A stretch of DNA of 64,000 nucleotides from the human T2T-CHM13v2.0 reference genome, Homo sapiens. Shown here one piece after another: positions 26,547 to 38,876 of the stretch; position 1 is the first letter of the stretch, and the number at the start of each line of letters is the position of its first letter. The stretch lies in the NCBI RefSeq assembly GCF_009914755.1, contig NC_060947.1; one strand, given 5' to 3'. The notes under the pieces are model-generated. The model searched no databases. It was given only the letters and a program-made list of their open reading frames with translations, and was not told where the DNA came from. The translations under genes and the position numbers were made by a program.

Positions 26547-26951
26547 GTGTCCTTCACTGCACTTGATGTTTTTGTTAAGTTTCTGCACAGCAAAATAATA
26601 ATAATAATAATCAGCAAAGTAAACAGAGAACCCCAAAAGTGGGAGAAAATACTCACAAATAATGCATCCAACAAAGAACTAATATCCAGAATCTATAAGG
26701 AACTCAATCAAATCAGAAAAAACAAAACAAATTATCCCATAAAAAAGTGGGCTAAGGACATGAATAGACAATTCTCAAAAGAAGATATACAAGTGGCCAA
26801 CAAACATATGAAAAAATATTAAATATCATAATGATCAGGGAAATGCAAGTCAAAACCACTGTGCAATACCGCCTTAGTCTTGCAAGAAGGGCCATAATTA
26901 ACAAATCAAAAAATATTAGATGTTGGCATGGGTGAGGTAAAAACAGAACAC

Positions 26952-27102
26952 TTTTTTTTTAATACTTTAAGTTCTAGGGTACATGTGCACAACGTGCAGG
27001 TTTTTTACATATGTATACATGTGCCATGTTGGTGTGCTGCACCCATTAACTCGCCATTTACATTAGGTATATCTCCTAATGCTATCCCTCCCCCGCCCAC
27101 CC
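26952..27102 (-). mobile_element. Short younger L1PA (PA3-5-like) 3' end
   Basis: Poly-T followed by atactttaagttctagggtacatgtgcacaacgtgcagg...tttacattaggtatatctcctaatgctatccc. Confidence 0.88.
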
Positions 27103-27949
27103 CACTGCTCATGAAAATCTAAACTAATACAACCACTATTGAAAACAGTATGGAGTTTCCTTATAGTACTAAAAGTAGTGCTACCATTGATCCAGAAATC
27201 CCACTACTGGGTATCTACCCAGAGGAAAATAAGTCATTATATAAAAAAACACTGGCATGTACATATTTATTGCAGCAAAATTTGCATTGCAAAAAGATGG
27301 AACCAGCCTAAATGCCCATCAATCAATGAATGGATAAAGAAAATGTGGTGTCTATACATAACATGGAATATCACTCAGCCATCAAAAGAAATGAAATAAT
27401 GGCATTCACAGCAACTTGGATGGAGTTGGAGACCATTGTCCTAAATGAAGTAACTCAGGAGTGGACAGCCAAACATCATATGTTCTCACATATAAGTGGG
27501 ATCTAATCTTTGAAGATGCAAAGGTGTAAGAATGATATAACAGTCTCTAGGGACTCAGGGAAAAAGGTGGGAGGGGGTGAGAGATTAAAGACTATACATT
27601 GGGTACAGTGTACACTGTTCGGGTGATGGGTGCACCAAAATCTCAGAAATCACCATTAAAGAACTTATTCATGCAACCAAACACCACCTGTTTCCCCAAA
27701 ACTATTGAAATAGTAAATAAATAAAAATAAATAAAATATAAAAAAAGAAATAATTTTTTCATTAGTGAGTTAAGGCAGCAGATTTACTTGATTCAAGATG
27801 CAAAATGCTAAATATAAAATGATGATAGAATTTCTTCTGTACTTGTTTGAATTTCTGTATAAATAGCACACTGGAGAGTCAATGAATAAAATGTGCATAA
27901 CATGTATGATGTCAAACAGACTGGCATTCTATTCCTTGTTTTGCATCTC

Positions 27950-28060
27950 TTGGACAAGTAGTTTTCTAAGGTATAGCTGCTTATCTGTAAAATGTAGAGG
28001 ATATCTATCTCAAAAAGGTTTCTGAGAGGTTTAGAGAGAATGTAAAGTACAGCTACCTGT
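27950..28060 (+). mobile_element. MIR fragment
   Basis: ttatctgtaaaatg...ctatctcaaaaaggtttctgagagg is MIR core-like. Confidence 0.5.
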
Positions 28061-28113
28061 ATAAAATTCTATAATTTTTTGTTCACATATTATCACTTTG
28101 GGTGTATCCTAAA

Positions 28114-30383
28114 TGTAATAGTTTGTTTTCACATTGCTATAAGGAAATACCTGAGACTGGGTAATTTATAAAGAAAGAGGTTTAATTGACTCACTGTTCT
28201 ACATGGCTGGAGAGGCATCAGGAAACTTAGAATCATGGCATAAGGCACCACTTTGCAAGGCAGCAGGAAAGACAATGAGTGCAAACAGGGGCAATCCCAG
28301 ACACTTATAACACTATCAGATATGGTGAGACTCACTCATTATCATGAGAACAGCAAGGGAGAAACCACCTCTATGATTCAGTTACCTCCATGTGGTGCCA
28401 CTCTTGACAAATGGAGATTATGGGGATTACAATTCAAGGTGAGATTTGGATGGGGATACAGAGCCAAACCATATCATTCTGACCCTGGCCCCTCCCAAAA
28501 TCTTATGTCCTCACATTTCAAAACAAAATCATGCCTTTCCAACAGTCCTTCAAAGTCTTAAACTTATTCTAACATTAACTCAAAAGTCCAAGTCCAAAGT
28601 ACCATATGAGACAAGGCAAGTCCCTTCTGCCTATGAGCTTGTAAAATCAAACCCAAGTTAGTTACTTCCTATATACAATGAGGGTACAAGCATTGGGTAA
28701 ATACACCTGTCCCTAATGGGAGAAGTTGGCCAAAACGAAGGGGCTACAGGCCCCATGTAAGTCCGAAATCCAATAGGGTAATTATTAAACTTTAAAGTTC
28801 CAAAATTATCTCCTTTGATTCTGTGTCTCACATCCAGATCATGCTGATGCAAGAAGTGGGCTCCCATGGCCTTGGGCAGCTTCACTCTTGTGACTTTACA
28901 GGGTACAGCTGCACTCCTAACTGCTTTCATAGCTGACATTGAGTGTCTGCCACTTTTCTCGGCACATAAGGCAAGCTGTGGGTGGATCTACTATTCTGGG
29001 GTCTGAAGGATGGTGGCCCTTTTCTCACAGCTCCACTAGGCAGTGCCCCAGTGGGAACTGTGTGGGGGCGCTAGCCCCACATTTTTCTTCTACATTGCCC
29101 TAACAGAGGTTCTCCATGAGAGCTTCACCCTTGCATCAGACTTCTGCCTGGAAATCCAGGCATTTCCATACATCCTCTGAAATCTAGGTGAAGGTTCTCA
29201 AACCTTCACCTCAGTTTTTGTCTTCTGCACACCTGTAGGACCAACATTAGATGGAAACTGCCAAAGCTTGGGGCTTTCACCCTCTGAAGCAATGGCCTGA
29301 GCTGTACCATGGCCCCCTTTAGCCATGGCTGGAGTGGCTGAGACGCAGAGCACCAAGTCCTGAGGCTGCAGACAGTAGGGAGGCCCTAGACTCGGCCCAG
29401 GAGACAATTTTTCTCTCCTAGGCTTCCAGGCCTTTGATGGGAGGGACTGCCGCTAAGGTCTCTGACATGCCCTGGAGACATTTTCCCATTTTTTTTGGCA
29501 ATCACATTTGGCTCCCAGTTACTTATGAAAATTTCTGCAGAAGGCTTAAATTTCTCCCCAGAAAATGAGTTTTTCCTTTCTATTGCATCATCAGGCTGCA
29601 AATTTTCCAAACTTTTATGCTCTGTCACCTTTTGAATGCTTTAATGCTTAGAAATTTCTTCCACCAGATACACTAAATTACTTTCTCAAGTTCAAAGTTC
29701 CACAGATCTCTAGGACAGAGGCAAAAAGCCACCAGTCTCTTTACTAAAGCATAGCAAGAGTGACCTTTACTCCAGTTCCCAACAAGTTTCTCATCTCCAT
29801 CTGAGACCAGCTCAGCCTGGACTACATTGTCCATATCACTATCAGCATTTTGGTCAAAGCCATTCAACATGTCTCTAGAAAGTTCCAAACTTTCCCACAT
29901 ATTCCTGTCTTCTTCTGAGTCTTCCAAACTGTTCCAACCTCTGCCCATTACTCAGTTCCAAAGTCACTTCTGCATTCTCAGGTATCTTATAGCAATGCCC
30001 CACCCTTAGTACCAATTTAATGTAGTAGTCTGTTCCCACATTGCTATAAGGAAGTACTCAAGACTGGGTAATTTATAAAGAAAGGAGGTTTAACTGACTC
30101 ACAGTTCCACATGGCTGGGGAGGCCTCAAGAAACTTACAATCATGGTGGAAGACACCTCTTCACAAGGTGGCAAGATAGAGAATTAGTGCAAGCAGGGGA
30201 AATGCCAGACTCTTAAAAAACCATCAGATCTCGTGAGACTCACTCATCATCATGAGAACTGCATGGGGGAATCACTGCCATGAACCAATTACCTCCACCT
30301 GGTCCAACCCTTGACACGTGGGTATTAGGGGGATTACAATTCAAGGTGAGATTTTGGTGAGGACACAGAGGCCAACTTTATCA
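28114..30383 (-). mobile_element. Full-length THE1 (C/D-like): LTRs 28114-28476 and 30021-30383, internal region between
   Basis: Two homologous TG...CA LTRs; THE1-int ORF-like 29673-29948 (WESLELSRDMLNGFDQNADSD); TSD ctaaa / ctaat. Confidence 0.93.
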
Positions 30384-30482
30384 CTAATCATAACATTTAA
30401 AAAATTTTTAGATTTTATCATATTATGATTTTTCCTGCTGTCAAGTTGTGTTCTTATTTTGTTGTATATCTCTCTTAGCATT

Positions 30483-31098
30483 TGAGGTATTGCTCCTCAC
30501 AAGAGGGCATAGCTGCAGGGGTCTGCCTGCAGACCCTGACCCAAATGACGGATGAATAAAATGTACAGTGACACACAGATATTCTGTTTTGCCAGTCCTG
30601 CTGAGTGTCCCACCACCTATACACCAAGAGAGGTTTGTCACTGTGGCCGGCCCTGAGCAGTTTGCACTCCAGGCTTTTATTTAGTATACAATTAACAACA
30701 GAAGCGCTGAGTCAACACACGTGTGGATAATTAACATGGTTAAGAGAGTAGTTCTACGAATGATTAAAGCTCAGGTACCTGGGTTTAAAGTAAATGCCAT
30801 TAGGGGGCAATATCCCTGGTCAACCTTCCCCCAACAACCGCCCGCCCCAGGGCCATCTGGCTCAAAGGTTAGTTAATGGAGGTAGGGTAAACAGACTTAA
30901 CTGGGGAAGCCTCTATTGTCCCTAGTATTTACTCTATGACCTAATGCTCTAAGGTAAGAACCGGCTGCCTTTAACCTGTTCAATTATTACAAGCTATGTA
31001 ACCTTTCAACCTTCCAAAAAGGTTTGTGACTATTCCCTACAACTTTAGCTAATATTTCCCTTTAATATTTCTGCCACCATCCTGAGTGAATCCCAACA
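30483..31098 (-). mobile_element. Solo HERV-K LTR, LTR22 (HML-5)-like
   Basis: Minus strand begins tgttgggattcactcaggatggtggcagaaatattaaaggg and ends ...gcaatacctca; AATAAA present; flanks gcatt / gtgtt. The subfamily is from recall. Confidence 0.72.
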
Positions 31099-31808
31099 GT
31101 GTTAGATTTACTTATATATTTTAGAGTATTGGTGTGCCAACTTACCCTGGGTGGGATAATTTTTTGCTTATTTTCTCTCTTTTTCTCTCTCACTCTACTT
31201 ACTGACCTGGAAGTTTTCCAACTGCATTAATCTGACCCCAGGGAGGCTAGAATAGAATTGGATATGTTATTAGTATTCTGAGATTCCTGTAGTTTAGTGA
31301 TATTGGGGTTTTCATATAACTGGCTGTTGGGCCATTGAGGAACGTGACTCAATCTTTGACATGATGATGCATCTGTATCTTTATTTAAAATACCCTAAAT
31401 AGGTGAGCTTTTTATTTTATATTTTTTATTTATGCCAAAGATAATGGTTTCTATTTCTTTATAAAGATGATTGCCAAAAGACATTTGGTTGCACCCATGC
31501 AATGTTGGCCTGAGTAGTATTTTAAATATAAATTCGATGTCAGCATTTTAAGAGTAGAATATTGCACATAAAAGTCTTGACTATGTGGAAAAATTAGAAT
31601 ATCTGTAAGCCACACACCTGCATTATTTTATTACCAACAATCTGTGGGGCCTGAGAAATAGCTGTGCCTTTTAGGCTTAGTATATATGCTGTAATCTTTC
31701 CATTGTCTTCATTACTCTATGTTTTTTCCTCAAAATCAGAGTTTGACTCATTTTAATTATCTATAATATTACTGCAGCCTCTTTGCACATTTTGAGAATA
31801 TGCTTCAG

Positions 31809-31900
31809 TACATATATATACACATATATATATACACACACATATATATACATATATATATACACACACATATATACATATATATACACACATATATATA
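31809..31900. repeat. (TA)n/(CA)n microsatellite
   Basis: Direct inspection. Confidence 0.95.
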
Positions 31901-33968
31901 TTCTAAAAGAAAAAGCAAAAATTTTTGTTCTAAATGATTCATCTTTAAGAATAAGAAATAAACTTTTCCTATTCTATTACACTGTATATTACCTTTAAAC
32001 TTAGCCACCATTAATCGGTCAACAACTATCTGTAACCTTGGGTATGCCACTAATATATTTGGAATTTAGTTTATTTTCCTTAAAAAAGTGAGAGAATAGT
32101 TGACCTATCTACTCTACAGTGTTGTTATGATAAAACAACCATAGGAAACTGAAGAAAGACATAAAAGATTAATGCTGTATGAATGCTGCCATATATAAGA
32201 TAGTGCCAATTTAACAGAGGACTACTGAGGGGGCAGAAGAAGAAGAAAGAATGGGGAGGCTTCATGAATCATTCCTCCCCTCACAACAAGGACATCAATT
32301 TAACAATTTAACAACTATCTACAAAAGAAAAGCACCTTCATAAGAACCAAAAAATCGGGTTAGCACTCACAATACCTGGTTTTAACTTTGTATTGCAAAA
32401 AGAGAAATTGAAGAGGTAGAAAACAAAACAATCTTGAATTACCAATGCCAACTCTCCCCCATCCCTGGCAGCAGTTGCTTGGTGCTGAGAGCATCTGTCT
32501 TTGAGGAAGTGGGAAATGAAGAGCACAACAATTGTGAGGCATTGAACTCAGTGCTGTTCTGCTACAGCAGAAAGAAAAGCTGGACCAAACGCAGCTGATG
32601 CGTCCCCACAGAGGCAGCATTTAAACCAGCCACAGCAAGCAGGAAATTACTGATGCCAGTGGTAGAAACTTGAGTTTCTGCAAACCTTTCCATCACAGGT
32701 TAAACTGCTCTGGGGCTCTCAACTAAGTTGAAAGGCAGTCTAGGCCACAAGGACTACAACTTTTAAGCACTTCCTTGTGCTGAACTGGGCCCAGAACCAG
32801 CAGACTATGGAGGTAAGTGACCTACTGAGACACCAGCTGGGTAACAAAGAAATTGCTGGCATTATCCCTCCCCTAACTCCAGGCTGCACAGCTCACAGCT
32901 CTAAAAGAGCTCCCATTTTATCACTTACAAAAAGGAGAAGAAAGAGTGGGGAAGACTTTGTCTTGCATGTTGGATACCAGTTCAGCCACAGCAGGATAGG
33001 ACACTGATCAGAGTTGTGAGGCAATAATTCCAAGCCCTAGCTTTCAGACGATATTTTTAAACATGTCCTGGGCCAGAAAGGAACCTACTGCTTTGAAGGG
33101 AAGAATCCAGTCCTGATAGGATTTATCACCTGCTAACTGAAGAGCCATAGGTTCCGAATAACCAGCAGCAATACCCAGGTACTATGTCAAGGGCCTTGGG
33201 TGAGACTCTGAGATGTGCTGGCTTCAGGTGAGACTCAGCACATTGCCAGCTGTAGTGACTATGGGGCAATACTCCTTCTGCTTGAGAAAAGCAATGGAAA
33301 AGTAAAGGGGACTTTGTCTTGCATCTTAGCTACCAGCTTGGCCACAGTGGGGTAGAGCACCGAGCAGGATCTTGGGGATTCTGACTCCAGGACTTGGCAT
33401 TTACAGCATTTCTGGAACTTCCTTGGGTGAGAGAGGAGACCACTGCCGTGAAGGGTGAGTCCCAGACCAGAAAGCATTCTCTAAAAGGTGACCGAGGAGG
33501 CTTTGGACCTTAAGGGAACAGCAGTGGTAGTCTGGCAGTAACTCTCCATTGGGCATGTGGTTGCAGTGGCCACAGGGTGAGGCACCTCTGACTTTGGAAA
33601 AAGTAGGGAAGATTGTGAACTGTATCTTGTGGTTTGAATGCCAGCTCAGCCACAATAAAATAGAACACCAGATAGACATCTGAGGCTTTTCACTCTAGTT
33701 TTGGCTCCTGGATAGCACCTCTGGACCCACCCAGGACATAAAGGAAACACACTTTATGGGAAGGACAGAGGCCTGGCTTTCTTTGCCACCTGCTGATTGT
33801 AGGTCCCCTTTAGAAACCATGGGTAGTAGTCCTTGGGCATCCGTGTGCAGTAGTGGTTACAGCAGGCCTTGGCTGAGGTACTGTGCTGGCCACAGGTATG
33901 ACCCATCAAAGTTATAATGATGATGGCCACAAAGGAGCCTCTGTCACCCCAAGATTCAGCTGGAACCG

Positions 33969-34069
33969 AACACACACACACAAACAGACGGGGAGAGAGA
34001 GAGAGAGAGGGGAGAGAGAGAGAGAGAGGAGAGAGAGGAGAGAGAGAGGGGGGAGAGAGAGAGAGAGAG

Positions 34070-34106
<37 letters not shown>
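33969..34106. repeat. (CA)n followed by a long (GA)n purine tract
   Basis: Direct inspection. Confidence 0.95.
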
Positions 34107-34108
<2 letters not shown>

Positions 34109-35648
34109 CCATTTGTCTTGGAGAAAAGGAAAGAGAACAATAGTCTATTAATCCAGAGAATTCTGAATCTTGGCCAAGATCATCAAGGATCAAGGCAGTA
34201 CTTATATGAGTCTGCAAGAGCCACAGCATTATTGGTCCTGGTGTGGCCCCTAAATCAGATACAGCTTAGATCTGTACAACACCCAAGTCCTTTCAAATAT
34301 CTGGAAAGCCTTCCCAAGAAGAACAAATATAAACAGTACAAGACTTAAGACTATAACAAATGTTAATTCTTCATGCCCAAACACAGATAAACATCTACAA
34401 GTATAAAGACATTACAAAAAAACATGACCTCACCAAATGAACTAAGTAAGCCACTAGGGAACAATCCTGGATAAAAAGAGATATTTGACCTTTCAGACAG
34501 AGTATTCAAAATAGCTGTGTTGAGGAAACTCAAAGAAATTGAAGATAACACAGGGGAAAAAAATCAAGCAGAAATCTGCAGCTGAAAAAAATGCAACTGG
34601 CATAGAGAAGAATGCACCAAAGTATTTTAAAAGCAGAATTAATCACAGAGAAAAAAGAACTAGTGAGCTTGAAGACAGGCTATTTGAAAATACAAAGTGA
34701 GAGAATTCAAAAGTAAAAACAATGAAGCACACATACAGGATCTAGAAAATAGTCTCAAAAAGGCAAATCTAAGAGTTATTGGCCTTGAAGAAGAGGTAGA
34801 GAGATAGGAGTAGAATGTTTATTCCAAGGTATCATAACAGAAAACGTCTCAAAGCTAGAAAAAGATATCAATATCCAAGTACATGAAGGTTATGGAACAT
34901 CTAGCAGATTTAACCCAAAGAAGACTATTTCAAGGCATTTAATAATCAAATTCCCAAAGAATAAAGAAAGTATCCTAAAAGGAACAGCAATAAAAAAGAA
35001 ACAAGCATGCAATGAAACTCTAATATGTCCGGCAGCAGACTTTTCAGTGGAAACTTTAAAAGTCAGGAGAGAGTGGCATGACATATTTAAAGTGCTGAAA
35101 GAAAAGCACTTTTACCCTAGAAGAGTATATCTGTAAAAAATCGTCTTCAAACATAAAAGAAAAATAAAGACTTTTCCAAACAAACAAAAGCTGAGGAATT
35201 TCATCAACACAAGACCTATTCTACAAGAAATGCTAAAGGGAGTTCTTCAATGTTGGGGTGACCAGACCCAACACCAGGTCGTGGGGTCAACAAAGTCTGG
35301 TGGAGTCAAAGGATTGAGAAAAGACAGTTTGAGAGAGAGAAGTGGTACCAGGGGGCCATCGCCATCATGGAGGCTGCAAAGGCCCAGCTCAGGGAGCCCA
35401 CACTATTTATTGGTAATCCAACAAAGAAAGAGGTGGTTGGAGTTCGAAAGGGCAGCTGCATGATCTACAGCTGTGATGGTTTAGCATTTATATGGAACAT
35501 GTTCTGCTACTTGAGAAAATGGGAATAGGAGCCTAAGAGGGCTAGAAGCAAGGAGCTAGCAAGTCTAGACACATTCCAGAGGACATTATGTCATTCATGC
35601 AAGCCCCGCCTCAGCTTTCTTCCCAACCCTCAGCTTTTTTCCCAACAT

Positions 35649-35668
35649 GCCCCCCTTCTCTTTTTTGT
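35649..35668 (-). promoter_or_regulatory. Polypurine tract of the provirus
   Basis: Minus strand acaaaaaagagaaggggggc immediately precedes the 3' LTR. Confidence 0.85.
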
Positions 35669-36259
35669 AAAAGAGAAGGTATCATTATTATTATCATTAT
35701 TACTAGCTATCATTATTGCTAGAGTCACTCTGGTTTGAATGCTTCCAACATATCTCCCCTTTCCCTTTTACAAGAGGACCCTTAATCCTAGAGGTTGCAG
35801 AAGGATGAAGGTCTATCTTCTGTAACTTCTTCATGCTGAGTAGGGATGATGATACTCCTGCCTAACTATTAGGGTCTCTTTTATACAGCGTAGAGAGGAA
35901 CTGAGTCAGAAAGCATTGGTCCATTAAGCATCATGACTCTGGTCGGTCTTCGTTCCATCTTCGCATTCAGATTCAACTGGCTCATGGCTCATACTAGGGG
36001 ATCCCAGTCCATGGTTGGGATCCATGGGTCCCTCCAGTCTCCCATTCCATGGTTGTACACATCTAGAGGGCATCCACATGGTTAGTTCATCTCCTGCAAA
36101 AACACAAGCATACCCTCACCCCCACATTAGTAAATCTACTGAAACAGAAGCAAAAACTTTTGTGGCTGTAGCCGGGAGGCCACTGATAATGAGAAACAGT
36201 CCCCTTCTAACGAAGGCACAGGGAAGGCAAATTGAGGCTTTTCAAACCTTCAATTTGCA

Positions 36260-38876
36260 CTGTACAGGTGGGTCCACTAGATGCTGTGGCTCATGATAGA
36301 TCTTCAGATATTTGGTGGGCACCCACACAGGCACCTGATTGTCACCTGGAGAGACACAAGCAAATCCTCTTCCACATATACTTTTCTTTTTCCCAGCTCT
36401 TTGTACGTGCATCCCTCCAACATATATCTTGTCCAGCCTTTTTATTTTCCTTTTGCCCTGTCACGTGTTATTCCACCGCAGTTATGGGTTGATCTTTTTG
36501 TAAATTTAAGAAATTTAATGTTAATAAAGCTAGATGCAGTTGCATATGCGGTGTTTTATGTTCCTGGTCTCCTGCCTTCTACTTTTGTATTTGAGTTTTT
36601 AAAGTACGATTAGCTCTTTCCACTATTGCCTGTCCTTGTGAATTATATGGAATACCCATAGTATGGGCAATATTCCGTTGTTGAAAAAATGTAGCCATGG
36701 CTTTACTACAGTATCCTGGGCTGTTACCAGTTTTGATTTTTTCTGGAATTCCCATAACAGAAAAACAAGATAAAAGACGTCTTTTAACATGAGCTGTAGC
36801 CTCCCCTGTTTGACATGTGGCCCAGATAAAATGTGAATAGGTATCTACTGAAACATGAACAAAGGACAATTTTCCAAAAGCAGGAATATGTGTTACATCC
36901 ATCTGCCAGATGGGATTTGGAGATAAACTTCTAGGGTTAACTCCTGTTCCTTGATGTGGCAAATGCAGAACTTGGCAGGCAGAAAAGTGTTGCACAATTT
37001 CTTTAGCTTGTTTCTACGATAGACCATATCTTTTTCTAAGGCCTGCAGCATTATGATGGGTTAAAGAATGAAATGTCTGTGCATCAGCAAAAGTTGCAGA
37101 CACCAATGCATCCACCCTTTAAGTTTAGTTAAAGGGCCAGGGAGGTTAGTATGTGCTCTCATATGAGTGATATGAAAAGGTAAGTGCCTTTGTTGTACCA
37201 CTTGCTGTAAAGAATGAAATAAAAAATTAAGTTGTTCATCAGTCACATTTTGAATTAAGGCACATTCAATATTTTGTGTGACTTGCCCTACATAGGCTGA
37301 ATTGGAAACAATGTTTACTGGCTGTTTAAAAGTTTTTAACACTGTTATCACAGCCATAAGTTCAGCCCTTTGAGCAGAAGCAAAGTCAGTTTGCAAAACT
37401 TGTTGTTGAGGTCCTGCAAATGAGGCTTTTCCATTACGAGATCCATCAGTAAAAACAGTAATGGCCCCTTTAATAGGGGCTTTTTGAGTAATAGAAGGCA
37501 ATATCCAGGATGTTAATATTTGAAACTGAAATATCTTAGATTTAGGATCATGATCATCAAGAATGCCAATAAAACCTGCCAAATTAACTTGCCATTCTTG
37601 AGACTTAACATAGGCTTGTTGAATTTATTGTTTAGTTAATGGAACTTAATCTAATTTGGATCATATCCCATTAGCTTTGTTGTGCGCAACCTTGCTTGTC
37701 CTACTAGCACAGCAATTTGATCTAAGTACAGAGTGAACATTTTGGTTGTATTGTGAGGTAGAAAGAGCCACTCAACCAGATAATCCTGTTGAACTATAAC
37801 TCCTGTGGGTGAATGCTTAGTAGGAAAAACTAAAAACTGTAATGGCTGTATCAGATTAATTCATTCTACTTGTGCTTGCTGAATTTTTTCCTCAATTAAT
37901 TGAAGTTCCTCCAATGCTTCTTTGGACAGGGAGCGTTTACTGTTAAGGCTAGAATCACCTCATAAAGTAGAAAAGAGGTGAGACATAGCATAGTTAGGAA
38001 TCCCTAAAGTTGGACGAATCCAATTAATGTCTCCTAATAATTTGTGAAAGTCATTTAAGGTTTTTAAATTATCTCTTTGAATTTGAACCTTTTGAGGCTT
38101 AATAGCACTTTGCTCTACCTTCATTCCTAGATATTGAAAGGGTGTAGAAGTTTGGATGTTATCGGGGGCTATAATAAACCCTGCCACATTTACAGCCTTT
38201 TCTAACTATTGGTAGCACAACATCAATTCTTCCCTATTTTAGCTGCACACAAAATATCATCCATGTAATGGGTAATATAACATTTTTTAAACTGTTCTCT
38301 AACTGGCTTAATAGCTTTCCCAACATAAGTTTGATAAATAGTCGGACTATTTAGTATGCCTTGTCATAGTACTTTCCAATGGTATCTGTCCACTGGTTCT
38401 TTATTATTTATGGAGGGAACAGTAAAAGCAAGTTTTTCATAAACTTGGGCAGCTAAAGGAATGGTAAAAAAGGAATCCTTTAGATCTATCACTATGAGAG
38501 GCCAGTATTTTGGGATCATTGTTGAGGAAGGTAACCCTGGTTGTAGTGTACCCATGGGTTGAATTACAGCATTGACAGCCCTTAAATCTGTTAACATTCT
38601 CCATTTCCCTGATTTTTTCTCAATAACAAATACAGGAGAATTCCAAGGGGAGAAAGTAGGCTCTGTATGACCCTTTTACAACTGTTCCTGTACCAGCTCT
38701 TTTAAAGCCTCCAGTTTTTCCTGTTTCAGTGGCCATTGCTCCATCCAAACTGGTTTGGCAGTTAGCCAAACAAGAGGAATGGGAGCCAGAGGCTCAACAA
38801 TGGCCGCTCCTAAAAATGACACCGCAATCCAGTCTGATCTATTTGTCCTTTTAATTTTAAAGGTTCTGATTGCCAT
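36260..38876 (-). pseudogene. pol: Disrupted retroviral pol (RT, RNase H, integrase)
   Basis: RT motifs [18 protein letters not shown] and YMDD (~38257-38268); RNase H FTDGS and AQRAEL; integrase WQMDVTH and [18 protein letters not shown]; split by stops and frameshifts. Confidence 0.95.

Larger units (their letters stand above)
23688..27748 (+). mobile_element. L1PB with 5' inversion (antisense 23688-23947 and 26547-26577; sense 26578-27748), interrupted by HERV-L and a short L1PA
   Basis: L1PB 3' end (gggtgcaccaaaatctcagaaatcacc); TSD core aaataatttt at ~23675 and ~27748; the inversion ends cctaattag and aagtttctgcacagc are near-adjacent in L1. Confidence 0.85.

Noticed and set aside
32940-33640. 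Recurring gactttgtcttgca-type units
   Set aside because: Normal tandem subunit structure of old L1 5' UTRs.
33754-34348. ORFs with RE/SL-rich translations
   Set aside because: Artefacts of the (GA)n microsatellite.
35650-36260. Possible captured TRPC6 mRNA, as reported for some HERV-K14I copies
   Set aside because: I could not recognise TRPC6-like coding sequence; the region is better explained by retroviral fragments.
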